A stretch of DNA of 63,666 nucleotides, filler included, from Octopus bimaculoides (lineage: Eukaryota): assembly GCF_001194135.2 (NCBI RefSeq). It is 6 parts of 4 records of this genome, joined end to end, with 100 filler letters (N's around TTAATTAATTAA, not from the genome) between each part and the next. Parts side by side here need not be neighbours in the genome. Positions count along the whole stretch, not along the records: positions 1 to 16,423 come from NC_068982.1; positions 16,524 to 25,404 come from NC_068986.1; 4 more parts are not named here. One strand, 5' to 3'. Each line of letters begins with the position of its first letter. Position 1 is the first letter of the stretch. Shown in pieces: positions 12,001 to 24,176 of this stretch. The notes beneath the pieces are model-generated. The model did no database searches, was not told the origin of the DNA, and worked only from the letters and a program-made list of their open reading frames with translations. The position numbers were made by a program, and so were the translations under genes.

Positions 12001-12228
12001 TGTTTTAATAAATTTCATTTTAATAAACAGATTTTAATAAAGTAAATGAAACAAGTGAAACAGCATAAAATGTTTCGAGAAGGTAAACGAAGTTTTTATA
12101 GGGAATGGAGTATCAAAAAACAAGTCTAGAATCGATCAGGTTTTGGAAAATTAGAAACATTTCAGAAGAAAAATATGGACAAAAAGTTACAGAAAATAAA
12201 TTAACGAACACAAAGAACAAAAGAAAAA

Positions 12229-12470
12229 TTAGAGCAAACGGCGCCACAAAAATGGACTGGCATCAAAGTGAGAAATATAATAGAGGCAAAGAAAGTACGA
12301 GACAACAGGAAATCCTCTGGAGGAGACAAAATCCAATATCTCTCGATTAAAAACAATTCAATGTTGAAATCCAAATACAGTCGAATATTTCGATAAAATA
12401 ATAAGGTGTCCCCTAAAATTCCAAGGTGGTTCTCACAAAGGAAAACAATCATTCTGCCAAAGACCATACT
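12229..12470 (+). mobile_element. R4/Dong-type LINE remnant (RT-proximal region)
   Basis: One frame with a single stop: ...NRKSSGGDKIQYLSIKN...*NNKVSPKIPRWFSQRKTIILPKT, resembling the KSPGxDxI and PxWxxxGxTxLIPK motifs of R2/R4-type RTs. Confidence 0.5.
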
Positions 12471-12478
12471 GATGAGTC

Positions 12479-12535
<57 letters not shown>

Positions 12536-13431
12536 NNNNNNNNNNNNNNNNNNNNNNNNNNNNNNNNNNNNNNNNNNNNNNNNNNNNNNNNNNNNNNATA
12601 TATATATATATATATATATATATATAACAATATTAAATCTCTGAGCAAGAAGTAAACTGTAGCAGCACGGAATCGTGAAGTATATTTGGCACCTAAATGT
12701 GGCGGTCCCGTAGGGGACGATGCGATATGTATATAGACACATATAGACACGCAGATATATATGTAGGTGTGTGTGTGTGTACAGATAGATTCATACATTC
12801 TCCATATAGAAATACTATTTTCCATAGGTGGTCAGTGCAACTTCCTTGTAGGCATTTTCGTTGTGCTTTGGGGCGGGGCGTATAATTTGTAATTGCGACT
12901 GTCAGTTCTCCTAGCTGTGAGAATATATGATTCTTGGATGTAATATTTTGAATTCGTCAACGGAAGAGTGGCTTGTGGACGTATAACCTTTCAATCCCTT
13001 CAACTCTCCAGTACCAAGAAGTAAGGACCGTTGGCCAAAGTTAATGCCTTTAATAATCGGTTTGGCTTTTGAAAGGTTGGCTTCTGAGTGCATTGGAAAT
13101 TATGTAAAAGATTTACAGGAGAGAAGCTGCTCAAGGAAGGAAGAATTAACCAGTACGTTTATTACGTGGTCTGTGAAAAGACACTGTAGATGGTGCTGAA
13201 GCACTTGGTTGTTAGCCTGCAGGTTGTGACCTACATTTGGTCTCGATATAACTCTGGACGAGTCGAGAATACAAAGTCTTTCATTTTGAAATAGTTAATA
13301 CAATGAAAAATGCTTGTGATCATATTTAAATAAACTTAGGTAATTATGAGTGAGTGATATTTACTATATACAAAATAGTTAAGAATTCATAGATACAGAT
13401 ATAAACGCATATCTATTTGTATATACACACA

Positions 13432-13463
<32 letters not shown>

Positions 13464-14276
13464 ATCGTGCACGCATTCACACGCACACATACCAACGCGT
13501 ACATAAAGGCTCGTGGGCCAGTAGTTAGGGTGGCTTCAGTCTACTGCACTTTGAGTAGATTGGAGCAATAAGAAAAGACCCGTGCTCGCATCAATTGCTT
13601 CATCCTCGATGTTTCTCAAGGTTAAAGTGAGAGGGTGTATATGTCTACTTGCGACTACACAAGCACCTAAAACAGTGAAAGTATATTTTTAATTGTTACC
13701 AGATCATATTCACTTGTATATATAAAAAAAATCTTCACTATTTCTATCCACCTACTTTTTTATATAAATCTGCCAAAAAAATTGTTAAATAATTAAACAC
13801 ATTAATAAAAAAATATTTTTGTTCAACTTATAAAACAATCCAGAAAGCTGTTATTTATACGTAAGAAATACACGCTATTAAAGTAAATGTACTTTACCAT
13901 CACTGTGCCCCACGCACAAATTGAGCTAAGATATATATATATATATCAAATCCTTCTCCGCACAAAAAGTTCAGTCTTTCTCACACTACTGTCCAGTCTA
14001 CTTACTATCAGTTTTTTGTCTCTTCCCTCAGTTTCTTTTCTACATAACTATGTCTAACTTCTCTCTCCTCTAACTCACTTAGTCTTTCTGCTGATCATTA
14101 ACGTCTATATTTGTTTAACTTAGTGACTAAAGGATGCCACAAGCAAAGTTGCATCGATGTATTCTATTATTATCATCATTAGCAGTAACATATACAACAG
14201 CGTAAAAAGTATAGCGGATGCATGGCAGCAGAATATGTATATATTGACACTAAACATACATACATACATACATACA

Positions 14277-14335
14277 TACGAGGGCCGGCTGGAAAGTTCA
14301 TAGGCTGACGAAGATACCAATGTGACGAATGCAGG
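14277..14335 (+). mobile_element. Solo mariner-type terminal inverted repeat fragment
   Basis: TA-CGAGGGCCGGCTGGAAAGTTCATAGGCT at the end of a (TACA)n tract; a typical mariner terminus with no partner TIR seen. Confidence 0.5.
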
Positions 14336-14942
14336 TATGAATAAGTATTCCTGGATTATCTTCCCTCTTGTATAGCTTCTGCATAATTCCCAATCTACTC
14401 AGTAACAGACCTTTCAAAAATCAAAACCTATTATTTCAGCTATTAACCTTAACCAACTTCCTTATTTCTGGGTATAGGAAGGTTGAAGCTATTGAAAGAG
14501 TATACATCCACAAGCCACTCCTCCGATGACGAACTGAAAATATAACACCCAACAATGGGTAATATTTCATCTGATGACCTAAGATAAAAGGTACATACAA
14601 TTAGTGCTCAGGCTAATTTCCTACCTAAGCTGAACTTAAAACTGGCAATAAAAGTGCAGGGATGTTATAACTGCCTAAACTAGGATTGGTTATTGGTAGT
14701 GTTTCAATTAATTTGATATATTTATAATAGAATAGAAGTACAAAGTGCCAAGCAACTGATATCCGGTCAATTGGTATCAGGGTAGAAATGCCTGTTACAG
14801 CAGTTGAGGTGATCTAAACACCTGTAACATCTATTTCTACCCGAAAGTTATGTCAATGTATTATTGCATAAATGTCATAATCTTCCCTGATACCAGTTGC
14901 TTGTCTGTCTTTAATTCTATTCTACCATATAAATATATGTGA

Positions 14943-15137
14943 AAGGCGGCGAGCGGGCAGAATCGTTAGCATGCAGGGATAAAATACTCAGCGTCATTTT
15001 GTCCGTTGTTAATGTCTGAGTTCAAATTCCGCAGAAGTCGACTTTACCTTTTCATCCTTTCAGAGTCAATAAAATAAATATCAGTTGAACACCGGGGTCT
15101 CCCGAGATTTCTAGCCTTGTGCCAAAATTTGAAATCA
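14943..15137 (+). mobile_element. SINE family B
   Basis: AAGGCGGCGAGCGGGCAGAATCGTTAGC...GAGTTCAAATTCCGC...CTTGTGCCAAAATTTGAAA. Confidence 0.85.
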
Positions 15138-15239
15138 TTTTATACATATATTTATGTATTGTATGTATTTTATGATTTCGCTTATTCACAACGGTATTTA
15201 TAATCAGTTGTTAGAACTCACTATACTTATGATTTAGAG

Positions 15240-15575
15240 CAGCGGTTCTTAACGATTTTTAAAAAATCTATGGACCCCTCTGATAATGATTTTATTCTGG
15301 TGGACCCCTATAGCCACTCAATGTTTAAAAACTAGTTTTATAGAAACTTCTTTCCAAATTCCTATTTTGTTTAACATACATGTGTAAGTTAAACTAAATA
15401 AGACTTAGAGAAAGAAACCCAGCTGTTTCTGACAATAAAAACATTTAAATCAAAATTTTTTACGGACCCTTTAAAATTCTACTGCGGTCCCCAATTTACT
15501 ATTTTGCTAGCGTAGAACCCCCAAAATCTTACACGGACCCTCTGGAATCATATGAATCCTGGTTGAGAATTATTG
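15240..15575. mobile_element. hAT (Charlie-like) non-autonomous element
   Basis: Ends CAGCGGTTCTTAAC...GTTGAGAATTATTG resemble the CAGTGGTTCTCAAC Charlie TIR; subterminal GGACCCC repeats; decayed 8-bp flanks ATTTAGAG/CTTTGGAA. Confidence 0.6.
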
Positions 15576-16158
15576 CTTTGGAATAAAGCGTTAGAAGAGT
15601 AGAGAACGCAATAGGAATTAATTAGTGAATACTTCCGATGATGGGGTGAGTGTTGATATATAATTAAAAATCGTTCTATTTCATATATATTGGCTAACAC
15701 GGTGCAAAGGATTAACTGTATTCTTTTCTCTTTTGTTTGTGTAGTTCGAATAGGAACGAACCCGGATTTCTACCTAATTATTAAAAACTACTATAATGAC
15801 TACTCGAATTCTCGTCTTCTGTTTTTTATATTTATTTTTATCTGTGACGTTTATCTACCAGTGAAAAACTATAATGAACTTTTACTTTCCTGTTTTTCTT
15901 TTTCTGCCAAATATATACATTTTTACACTCACTTCCGTATAAATATTTTGTAAGTAATTTGATGTAATTAACAACCGCCTTAGCTCGACTGATACGTTGC
16001 CTTCGATTGACATTGAGTTTTAGGTATCTGGTCCGCCTGAACACTAATTATCTTTATCTATTATACAACTCTTGCATATCATTACCCATTATACATACAT
16101 ATTTCTGTGTATATGTACATGTATGTACATGCATATATATATATATATATTTTTTTTT

Positions 16159-16423
16159 AATTTATTTATTTATTTATTTATTTATGTGTTTCAGCCAAGC
16201 GGCTGCGGTCATGCTGGTGCACCACCGTGATTTTCCGTCTTTATGCTGTGCTCTCTGGTCCAATCAAGAGTTTTGATGGCACATCTGGTGTATAAGAGAA
16301 TTTGACATCGCTGCCCTAAACTGCGTCTCATTACGAGCCATTGGTTCGTCTGGTATCGTGGAGAGGAAAGCGTTAAGTTTTGTCTTGAAGACCTCCGCAT
16401 CCATGTCTTGCATGTCTCTCAAA
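16159..16423 (-). mobile_element. CR1/L2-group LINE 3' end (ORF2 C-terminus, 3' UTR, (TAAA)n tail)
   Basis: 16422-16264 translates LRDMQDMDAEVFKTKLNAFLSTIPDEPMARNETQFRAAMSNSLIHQMCHQNS*, followed by a stem-loop UTR and TAAA repeats; cut by a gap. Confidence 0.75.
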
Positions 16424-16523
16424 NNNNNNNNNNNNNNNNNNNNNNNNNNNNNNNNNNNNNNNNNNNNTTAATTAATTAANNNNNNNNNNNNNNNNNNNNN
16501 NNNNNNNNNNNNNNNNNNNNNNN
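16424..16523. other. Artificial gap spacer N44-TTAATTAATTAA-N44 (also at 25405-25504, 42959-43058, 55618-55717, 62427-62526)
   Basis: Identical 100-bp geometry five times; TTAATTAATTAA gives stops in all six frames. Confidence 0.95.
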
Positions 16524-17810
16524 AACGTATGCCCGTTCTGCCGAAGAACTACGGAGCTTCGTCCGTTGCTCTTGTCTCAACGTATGCCCGTTCTGCCGAA
16601 GAACTACGGAGCTTCGTCCGTTGCTCTTCCCTCAACGTACGTCCGTTCTGCCGAAGAACTACGGAGCTTCGTCCGTTGCTCTTGCCTCAAAGTACGTCCG
16701 TTCTGCCGAAGAGCTACAGAGATTCGTCCGATGCTCTTGCCTCAACGTACGCCCGTTCTGTCGAAGATCTACGGAGCTTCGTCCGATGCTCTTGCCTCAA
16801 CGTTCGCCCGTTCTGTCGAGGAGCTACTGAGCTTCGTCCGTTTTTCTTGCCTCAACGTACGCCCGTTCTGCCGAAGAACAACGGAGCTTCGTCCGTTGTT
16901 CCTGCTTCAACGTACGCCCGTTCTGCCGAAGAGCTACGAAGCTTCGTTCGTTGCTCTTGCCTCAACGTACGCCCGTTCTGCCGAAGAGCTACGGAGCTTC
17001 GTCCGTTGCTCTTGCCTCAACGTACGCCTGTTTTTCCGAAGATCTACGGAGGTTCGTCCGTTGCTCTTGCATCAACGTACGCCCGTTCTGCCGCAGAGCC
17101 ACTGAGCTTCGTCCGTTGCTCTTGCANNNNNNNNNNNNNNNNNNNNNNNNNNNNNNNNNNNNNNNNNNNNNNNNNNNNNNNNNNNNNNNNNNNNNNNNNN
17201 NNNNNNNNNNNNNNNNNNNNNNNNNNNNNNNNNNNNNNNNNNNNNNNNNNNNNNNNNNNNNNNNNNNNNNNNNNNNNNNNNNNNNNNNNNNNNNNNNNNN
17301 NNNNNNNNNNNNNNNNNNNNNNNNNNNNNNNNNNNNNNNNNNNNNNNNNNNNNNNNNNNNNNNNNNNNNNNNNNNNNNNNNNNNNNNNNNNNNNNNNNNN
17401 NNNNNNNNGAACTATGGAGCTTCGTCCGATGCTCTTGCCTCAACGTACGACCGTTCTGCCGAAGAGCCACGGAGCTTCGTCCGTTGCTCTTGCCTCAACG
17501 TACGCCTGTTTTTCCGAAGATCTACGGAGGTTCGTCCGTTGCTCTTGCATCAACGTACGCCCGTTCTGCCGCAGAGCCACTGAGCTTCGTCCGTTGCTCT
17601 TGCATCAACGTACGACCGTTCTGCCGAAGAGACACAGAGCTTCGTCCGTTGCTCATGCCTCAACGTATGCTCGTTCTGCCGAAGAACTACGGAGCTTCGT
17701 CCGTTGCTCTTGCCTCAACGTACGCCCGTTCTGCAGAAGAGCAACGAAGCTTCGTCCGTTGTACTTGCCTCAACGTTCGCCCGATCTGCCGAAGAGCCAC
17801 GGAGCTCCGT
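16524..17810. repeat. GC-rich 55-bp minisatellite array (interrupted by a gap)
   Basis: Unit AACGTACGCCCGTTCTGCCGAAGAACTACGGAGCTTCGTCCGTTGCTCTTGCCTC repeated throughout; the long ORFs here are repeat artefacts. Confidence 0.95.
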
Positions 17811-18039
17811 AGATATTGATAAAACGGGTACAGCTGATCATGTATGGAAAAATGGAGAACACCTCCCCCTGTGGGATGAAGTTAAAATAATAGACAGAGG
17901 ACACCTCTGGAAAATACGAAAACTGAAAGAAGCAGCACATATGCTATGACACAATAACCTCCTAAGCAGACTGAGTGCAGATATGAGTAGCATATGTGAA
18001 CTGGTATTAAGGAAGCATAGAAAAATATTAGATTTATAA
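17811..18039 (+). mobile_element. Penelope-like element remnant: C-terminal half of the GIY-YIG endonuclease
   Basis: DIDKTGTADHVWKNGEHLPLWDEVKIIDRGHLWKIRKLKEAAHML*HNNLLSRLSADMSSICELVLRK...L*, matching the PLE pattern SAxAxH...WdxxKIID...RkLKEAxHI...LLNR. Confidence 0.75.
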
Positions 18040-18050
18040 GCCCTAAAATT

Positions 18051-18104
18051 CACTCCATAATTGCCCACAGGCATATGGCGTAGTGGTTAAAAGTTCTGGT
18101 TACT
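18051..18104 (+). mobile_element. Family E tRNA-like head fragment with a remnant of the palindromic centre
   Basis: GGCATATGGCGTAGTGGTTAAAAGTTCTGGTTACTAACTCCAAGA matches the head at 47391-47481. Confidence 0.7.
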
Positions 18105-18849
18105 AACTCCAAGAGTAACGTGAAATGCTTAAGAATACAACCTGTCGCAAGCTCCAATAGGAAGACACAAGACATAAAGGTTATGAGCTCAGTTCACTAA
18201 TTACTAGAACGCATGCCTTCGTATCTCTAAACATAGCGACCACAACATTATAATTTTGTTGAGACACCAAGAGCTCCCAGATCCACTATTACAATGAAAT
18301 GGCCCATCCCACTTAGATGAATATACATACATACGTGCGTATGTGCGTACGTGCGTACGTGCGTATGTATGTATGTATGTATGTATGTAAAGCAAGCAAA
18401 GTAGCGAGTTAGTTAATCTCTACAGGAGATGAAAGCAGTAACTTTACCGAGAAGTAATATTTATCGCCATGTAGGAAATGTTGTTACTAGCATCACTTCT
18501 ATAAGTTGTTCACCTATGCAATCTGCACCTGATACATATTACATATTGCAAGTAAGGGAGTGAACTCTTTTCTTCTTCTTCTTCTTCTTCTTCTAAATAT
18601 TGCTATGTACACACACACACACACACACACANNNNNNNNNNNNNNNNNNNNNNNNNNNNNNNNNNNNNNNNNNNNNNNNNNNNNNNNNNNNNNNNNNNNN
18701 NNNNNNNNNNNNNNNNNNNNNNNNNNNNNNNNNNNNNNNNNNNNNNNNNNNNNNNNNNNNNNNNNNNNNNNNNNNNNNNNNNNNNNNNNNNNNNNNNNNN
18801 NNNNNNNNNNNNNNNNNNNNNNNNNNNNNNNNNNNNNNNNNNNNNNATA

Positions 18850-18886
<37 letters not shown>

Positions 18887-19097
18887 ATATATATACATAT
18901 TCATATGCATGTATGTATGTATGTATGTATGCATGTATGTATGTATCCAAGTGGATATCTATACCCTTCTTTCTATTTACTAAATGGGTCGCATAAAACA
19001 TGAGATTCCATCTGCATTCATCATCACAATGACTTAATTGCGCGTATTTATATGTAGGCTCCTGGATTTAGAAACAACTGTCTACTTTTCGTTTCTC

Positions 19098-19131
<34 letters not shown>

Positions 19132-19359
19132 TCACCATCATCATCTTCTTCTTCTTCTTCTTCTTCTTCTTCTTCTTCTTCTTCTTCTTCTTCTTCTTCT
19201 TCTTCTTCTTCTTCTTCTTGAATAAATGCAGTTATATATTTGTAGATATCTCCTTCAGTTTAACACTTTCATGAAAGGTGTAGTGGAGTTCATGGAAAAA
19301 CTTAACTGCTATTTGTAGGATATTAATTGATCCATTTGTAAAAACAACTTTTTGTTTGT

Positions 19360-19459
19360 GGCTTGTGATATACCAAGCTTTAAAATAAAGTCTTTGATGA
19401 AGTAAAGGCTTGTGGTATACCAAGCTTTAAAATAAAGTCTTTTGATGAAGTAAAGGCTT
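19360..19459. repeat. 47-bp tandem duplication (2 copies)
   Basis: GGCTTGTG(A/G)TATACCAAGCTTTAAAATAAAGTCTTT(T)GATGAAGTAAA twice. Confidence 0.9.
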
Positions 19460-19662
19460 ACTGACTGTCATTACCAATGCATTCAATAGTTTGCACGTCA
19501 CATAAATAATTCTTTATAACAAGTCGAAGAGTTAGTTATTTACCTTGCATTTAAAAAGTTTATGAAGAGCTTCTTCCCCTGAACATTCATTTGACTATTT
19601 ACTACTTTCAGATCGGGACATCGTTGTGATCATGGTCACGTCATCGTCATCCTCTTCCTCTT

Positions 19663-19762
<100 letters not shown>

Positions 19763-20046
19763 ACATCATCATCATCATAATGCCTTTCGGTTCATTCATT
19801 AAGTACATGTAGCGCAGTTCAAATGTAATTTCGGTGATTTTAAAAATAGTACGTGCGTGTTTGTGTTTACGTGAATTTTCTCTCCTCTCTCTCTCTGCCG
19901 AATCTGTTTATAGCAAAGTGGGGTCTAGAGAGAGAAGTAAGATATGGTATGAGCACGAACCACAGAGATACCAGCGAAACATGTGGGATCTACCACTTGA
20001 AACGTATGCAAGCTCCAGGAGTTCCAACAAAACTTGAATTTAGAAA

Positions 20047-20472
20047 AGTAGTAGTTGTAGTAATAAATGCCCTGATGCAGTACCAGGCACTGGCCCTCAT
20101 GGTTTTTGATCTTAACTGATTGGAAGTGTTCTCATGTACATAATTTGTCTTGGAATAAAAGATGGGCCACAGCAAATATTCTACTCAATCCTACATATTT
20201 GCTTGTCAGTTGTTTGATCTTAACCAGTTAAGCATGTCTCTTAGTGGTTTATGGTATGTGCATCTCTGATCACGAGCAGAAGTGGTGGGCAGCATCCTAG
20301 TCATGTGTTGAAAGGAATTCTTTGGGGTTTGAATAATCTGGAAACATCAGTGATGGAAACATCAGTGTTTCATTCAACATCCTTAAAGAACCCTTAATCA
20401 AGAACCTTTTGAGCAGGGTGAGCTACTCGACCAGAAGAAAATTCTAACTGGGCCCCACTGGCAAGGTCATGT
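20047..20472 (-). mobile_element. Dispersed repeat family X, second copy
   Basis: Reverse complement of ~530-925. Confidence 0.8.
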
Positions 20473-20488
20473 AGCTACTAGAATATGA

Positions 20489-21705
20489 CGATTATCGGCA
20501 TCGGAAGAAATTTTCAAACAACATGCAGAATACTACAATGAAGCATTAGCTAAGGCGGGATAGAAAGAGAGAATCAAGTTTGTAAATAGCAAAGCATCAA
20601 ATAACAATAACACAAACACAAATAAGATAGAATACACAGTTAATTCGAATGACACCAACAAACAAATAACAAGAAAATAGAGAAAACCTGAGGGACAAAG
20701 GAAAGATCGGAGGAAAATGGATATAACCCAAAAGGAAAGAAAAATTACTGGCACATATAATCACTGCACACAAAAAGTATGGAAGAAACCAAACAAAACG
20801 TACAAAAATTCAGAATTCCTGTGGTATAATCCAATTTTTGGACTCCAAATACCGTCGAAGATTGATAAGCAATTCATAGAAGCATTAAATAGATGCTTTC
20901 CTAAAACTGATAAACACTACCGTTTATTCAACAAACACACATTGAAAATATCGTATGCAATAATATGGAGTACTACATACACAAATGCAACAACCAGAAA
21001 TTGAACACACAAACAACGTCTGCTGGTAGAGAACAAACAAATCAAAACTACTCAGAATTTAACACTAATAACGAAAATAAACTACAGATAAACTGCAAAA
21101 TCTCAGATAGCGTAAAAGACGGTGATGATATAGTTGAAATGTATCACCCAAAAAGATCTCACAAAACAGATTACCGATTAAACAAAGCCTCGGATATAGA
21201 ATTCAATCGGAACATCATGAAAACAGAATCAAAAAGCTGCCAGATTAACATAAGAATAATAAGAATACGATTAACTGCACATGCCGTAGAAAATCCACAT
21301 TTCCGCTGCTGAATCAATGTGCTCAAAATGATAGTATATAAATGCATAATCTACACTTCTCAATATAATTACTTGTACATAGGTGCCACTGAAAACCAAT
21401 TCAAAGTCCGTTATCGAAACCACATCTAGTCATTCCGAAAAATAAATAGACGGCACACGACCTCGCTGGCAGACCTCATATGGGGACTGAAAGAATCAAA
21501 AATTAAATAACAAATGGAATGGTCAAAAATAAAAATAAAAAACGCACATCTGTGTACGTTTCTATTCTCCAAGTGTAACATTTGCCTTGAGGAAGCACTG
21601 AGTACTCTACTGAGTAATGAAAATCTAGTGAATAAATATGATGAGAAAATTCCAAGTTGTAACCACCGTACCAAATATGCATTTTCCAGATGGAACAGTG
21701 TATAA
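20489..21705 (+). mobile_element. Penelope-like element remnant: post-RT region plus GIY-YIG endonuclease (frameshifted)
   Basis: RLSASEEIFKQHAEYYNEALAKAG*; FLWYNPIFG...IDKQFIEALNRCFPK..KHYRLFNKHTLKISY; NCTCRRKSTFPLLNQC; IYKCII...LYIGATENQFKVRYRNH; SLADLIWGLK...W...CNICLEE...LVNK...C.H. Confidence 0.85.
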
Positions 21706-22386
21706 ATTACAATTATTATTATTCTATCTCGCTAAACCCATTTTTTACCGCCTTCTCGTATATATAGGAGTGTGTATTTATGATGGAGCGTTCAGCGATA
21801 TAACTATGTAGATATAACTATGTACATGGAAATGAGTAGATAATTGTATAAGCGTCAATGTATAGATGTGAATGTGTTTATTGATATGTATGTGAGTATA
21901 TGTATGCGTGTGTGCATCTGAAAATATGTACATATATTTTATATACATGCTTGTATGTGTGTACGTGTCTGCGTGTGAGTATGTATGTGTGTATGTATGT
22001 ACGGAAACACTCAGTGATGTATGGTATATCGGTGTGTAAGTGACTGTACAAGAATGAGATAATAGATTAATGTATTTTGCGTAATGGTATAGTTTGGCAT
22101 GCGCAGAATAACATGTTGAAACTGAATAAATAAACAGACAACGTGCACATTGCAGCTCATGTCGAACGTGAGAAAACACTCATACCGAGCGAATTGAAAC
22201 CGTCAGGGTTTCGTTAGTTTCAAAGAAGAAGCCATGGCTGTTATAGCATGGAAATCTAAATTTACTTACGGAGACAGCAACTGAGTGTCACCTGAGGAGA
22301 TATATATAGATCTTCTTATACAGGTAAATCGTTACATAATTTAATTTAAACTTAACTTTAAATCCTGTATATACTAGAATTTGTGT

Positions 22387-22616
22387 GGAGGCGCAATGGT
22401 CCAGTGGTTAGGGCAGCGGATTCGCGGTCATAGGATCGCGGTTTCGATTCCCAGACCGGGCGTTGTGAGTGTTTATTGAGCGAAAACGCCTAAAACTCCA
22501 CGAGACTCCGGCAGAGGATGGTGGCGAACTCTGCTGTACTCTTCCACCACAACTTTCACTTACTTCATGTTTCTGTTGTACCTGTAATTCAAAGGGTCAG
22601 CCTTGTCACGCTGAAT
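22387..22616 (+). mobile_element. SINE family D (cut by a gap)
   Basis: Highly similar to 8742-8980; A box TGGTCCAGTGG, B box GGTTTCGATTCCC. Confidence 0.85.
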
Positions 22617-23283
22617 NNNNNNNNNNNNNNNNNNNNNNNNNNNNNNNNNNNNNNNNNNNNNNNNNNNNNNNNNNNNNNNNNNNNNNNNNNNNNNNNNNNN
22701 NNNNNNNNNNNNNNNNNNNNNNNNNNNNNNNNNNNNNNNNNNNNNNNNNNNNNNNNNNNNNNNNNNNNNNNNNNNNNNNNNNNNNNNNNNNNNNNNNNNN
22801 NNNNNNNNNNNNNNNNNNNNNNNNNNNNNNNNNNNNNNNNNNNNNNNNNNNNNNNNNNNNNNNNNNNNNNNNNNNNNNNNNNNNNNNNNNNNNNNNNNNN
22901 NNNNNNNNNNNNNNNNNNNNNNNNNNNNNNNNNNNNNNNNNNNNNNNNNNNNNNNNNNNNNNNNNNNNNNNNNNNNNNNNNNNNNNNNNNNNNNNNNNNN
23001 NNNNNNNNNNNNNNNNNNNNNNNNNNNNNNNNNNNNNNNNNNNNNNNNNNNNNNNNNNNNNNNNNNNNNNNNNNNNNNNNNNNNNNNNNNNNNNNNNNNN
23101 NNNNNNNNNNNNNNNNNNNNNNNNNNNNNNNNNNNNNNNNNNNNNNNNNNNNNNNNNNNNNNNNNNNNNNNNNNNNNNNNNNNNNNNNNNNNNNNNATAT
23201 ATATATATATATAACGTGTATGAGTAGGTTAACTGGTAGTGCTACAATTCTTTCATTAAGTCCTTATTATGACGTAAACATCG

Positions 23284-23460
23284 TTTATCTTTTATTTTTT
23301 ACTTGTTTCAATGATCTGACAGCGGCCATGCGGATAAACTCCAGAATTATTTGAAGCCTGATACTTATTCTAACATATTTAATCGAACCGCTAAGTTACA
23401 TGGACGTAATCACACCACAGAGTGTCAAGTGTTGGTGGAGGGACAAACACAACCACACAG
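23284..23460 (-). mobile_element. SINE family A 3' fragment
   Basis: ACTTGTTTCA...GCGGCCATGC...CGAACCGCTAAGTTAC..GGACGTAA. Confidence 0.7.
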
Positions 23461-23888
23461 ACACACATATACACACACACAGAGGTACACACACACAGTG
23501 GTACACACAGACACAGAGGTACACGCACATACACACACACACACACATAGCGATGCTGTTTTTGCTTTGACTCTGTTGTAAATGTATGAATATGATTATT
23601 TATCTCCATGGAGAAATGAAAAATGTAGAACCTACGTAAGTGAAAGTATCTAGATTAGGGTTAACCTTACATTTACATGCTGTACCTTTGACCAAGCATT
23701 TATTTCTTAACTCACATCCACATATCTTCTTAGAATTTCATGCTCTATTTAACACGGAATGGTAATATGGGCTGCATAATTCATACTATTGTGCACTACA
23801 CATCCATAATCAGTAGACTGCTGATATGCGTTAGCCACTGTATCAGCAGTCACACTACCATAAATAGCACTGCAAGTTTTATAAACCC

Positions 23889-24050
23889 CACTTAGTCGAA
23901 CAGATCGATCTCAGAACTTATTTTTAAAGCTTGGTATTTATTCTATCGTTTCTATTTCCGAACCGCTGAGTTACAGGGACGTAAACACACAGGTACCAGT
24001 GGTCAAGCGGTGGTGGAGAACACAGACACAAAGACACATACAAAGATACA
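23889..24050 (-). mobile_element. SINE family A 3' part (probably pairs with the head at 24646-24780)
   Basis: AGTCGAACAGATCGA...TATTCTATCG...CCGAACCGCTGAGTTACAGGGACGTAAACAC. Confidence 0.75.
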
Positions 24051-24052
24051 TA

Positions 24053-24161
<109 letters not shown>

Positions 24162-24176
24162 GTATATGTATATGTA

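Noticed and set aside
12911-13093. 60-aa ORF and an apparent CTAG...GTAAGG exon
   Set aside because: All three + frames from that acceptor hit stops; the peptide is unrecognised.
16424-16523. Recurrent TTAATTAATTAA motif (5 times) that could pass for a conserved element
   Set aside because: Always centred in exactly N44...N44; an assembly gap spacer with six-frame stops.
16529-17812. 427-aa repetitive ORF, and the array as a possible CRISPR or tandem hammerhead array
   Set aside because: A 55-bp period (not a multiple of 3) with no unique spacers. The minus-strand CGGACGA...GAAC lacks the CUGANGA/GAAA core. The ORF spans Ns.
22220-22260. Possible decayed hammerhead downstream of the large PLE (AAGAAG-CCATG/CATGG-AAA)
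   Set aside because: The CUGA core is absent; only a stem is visible.
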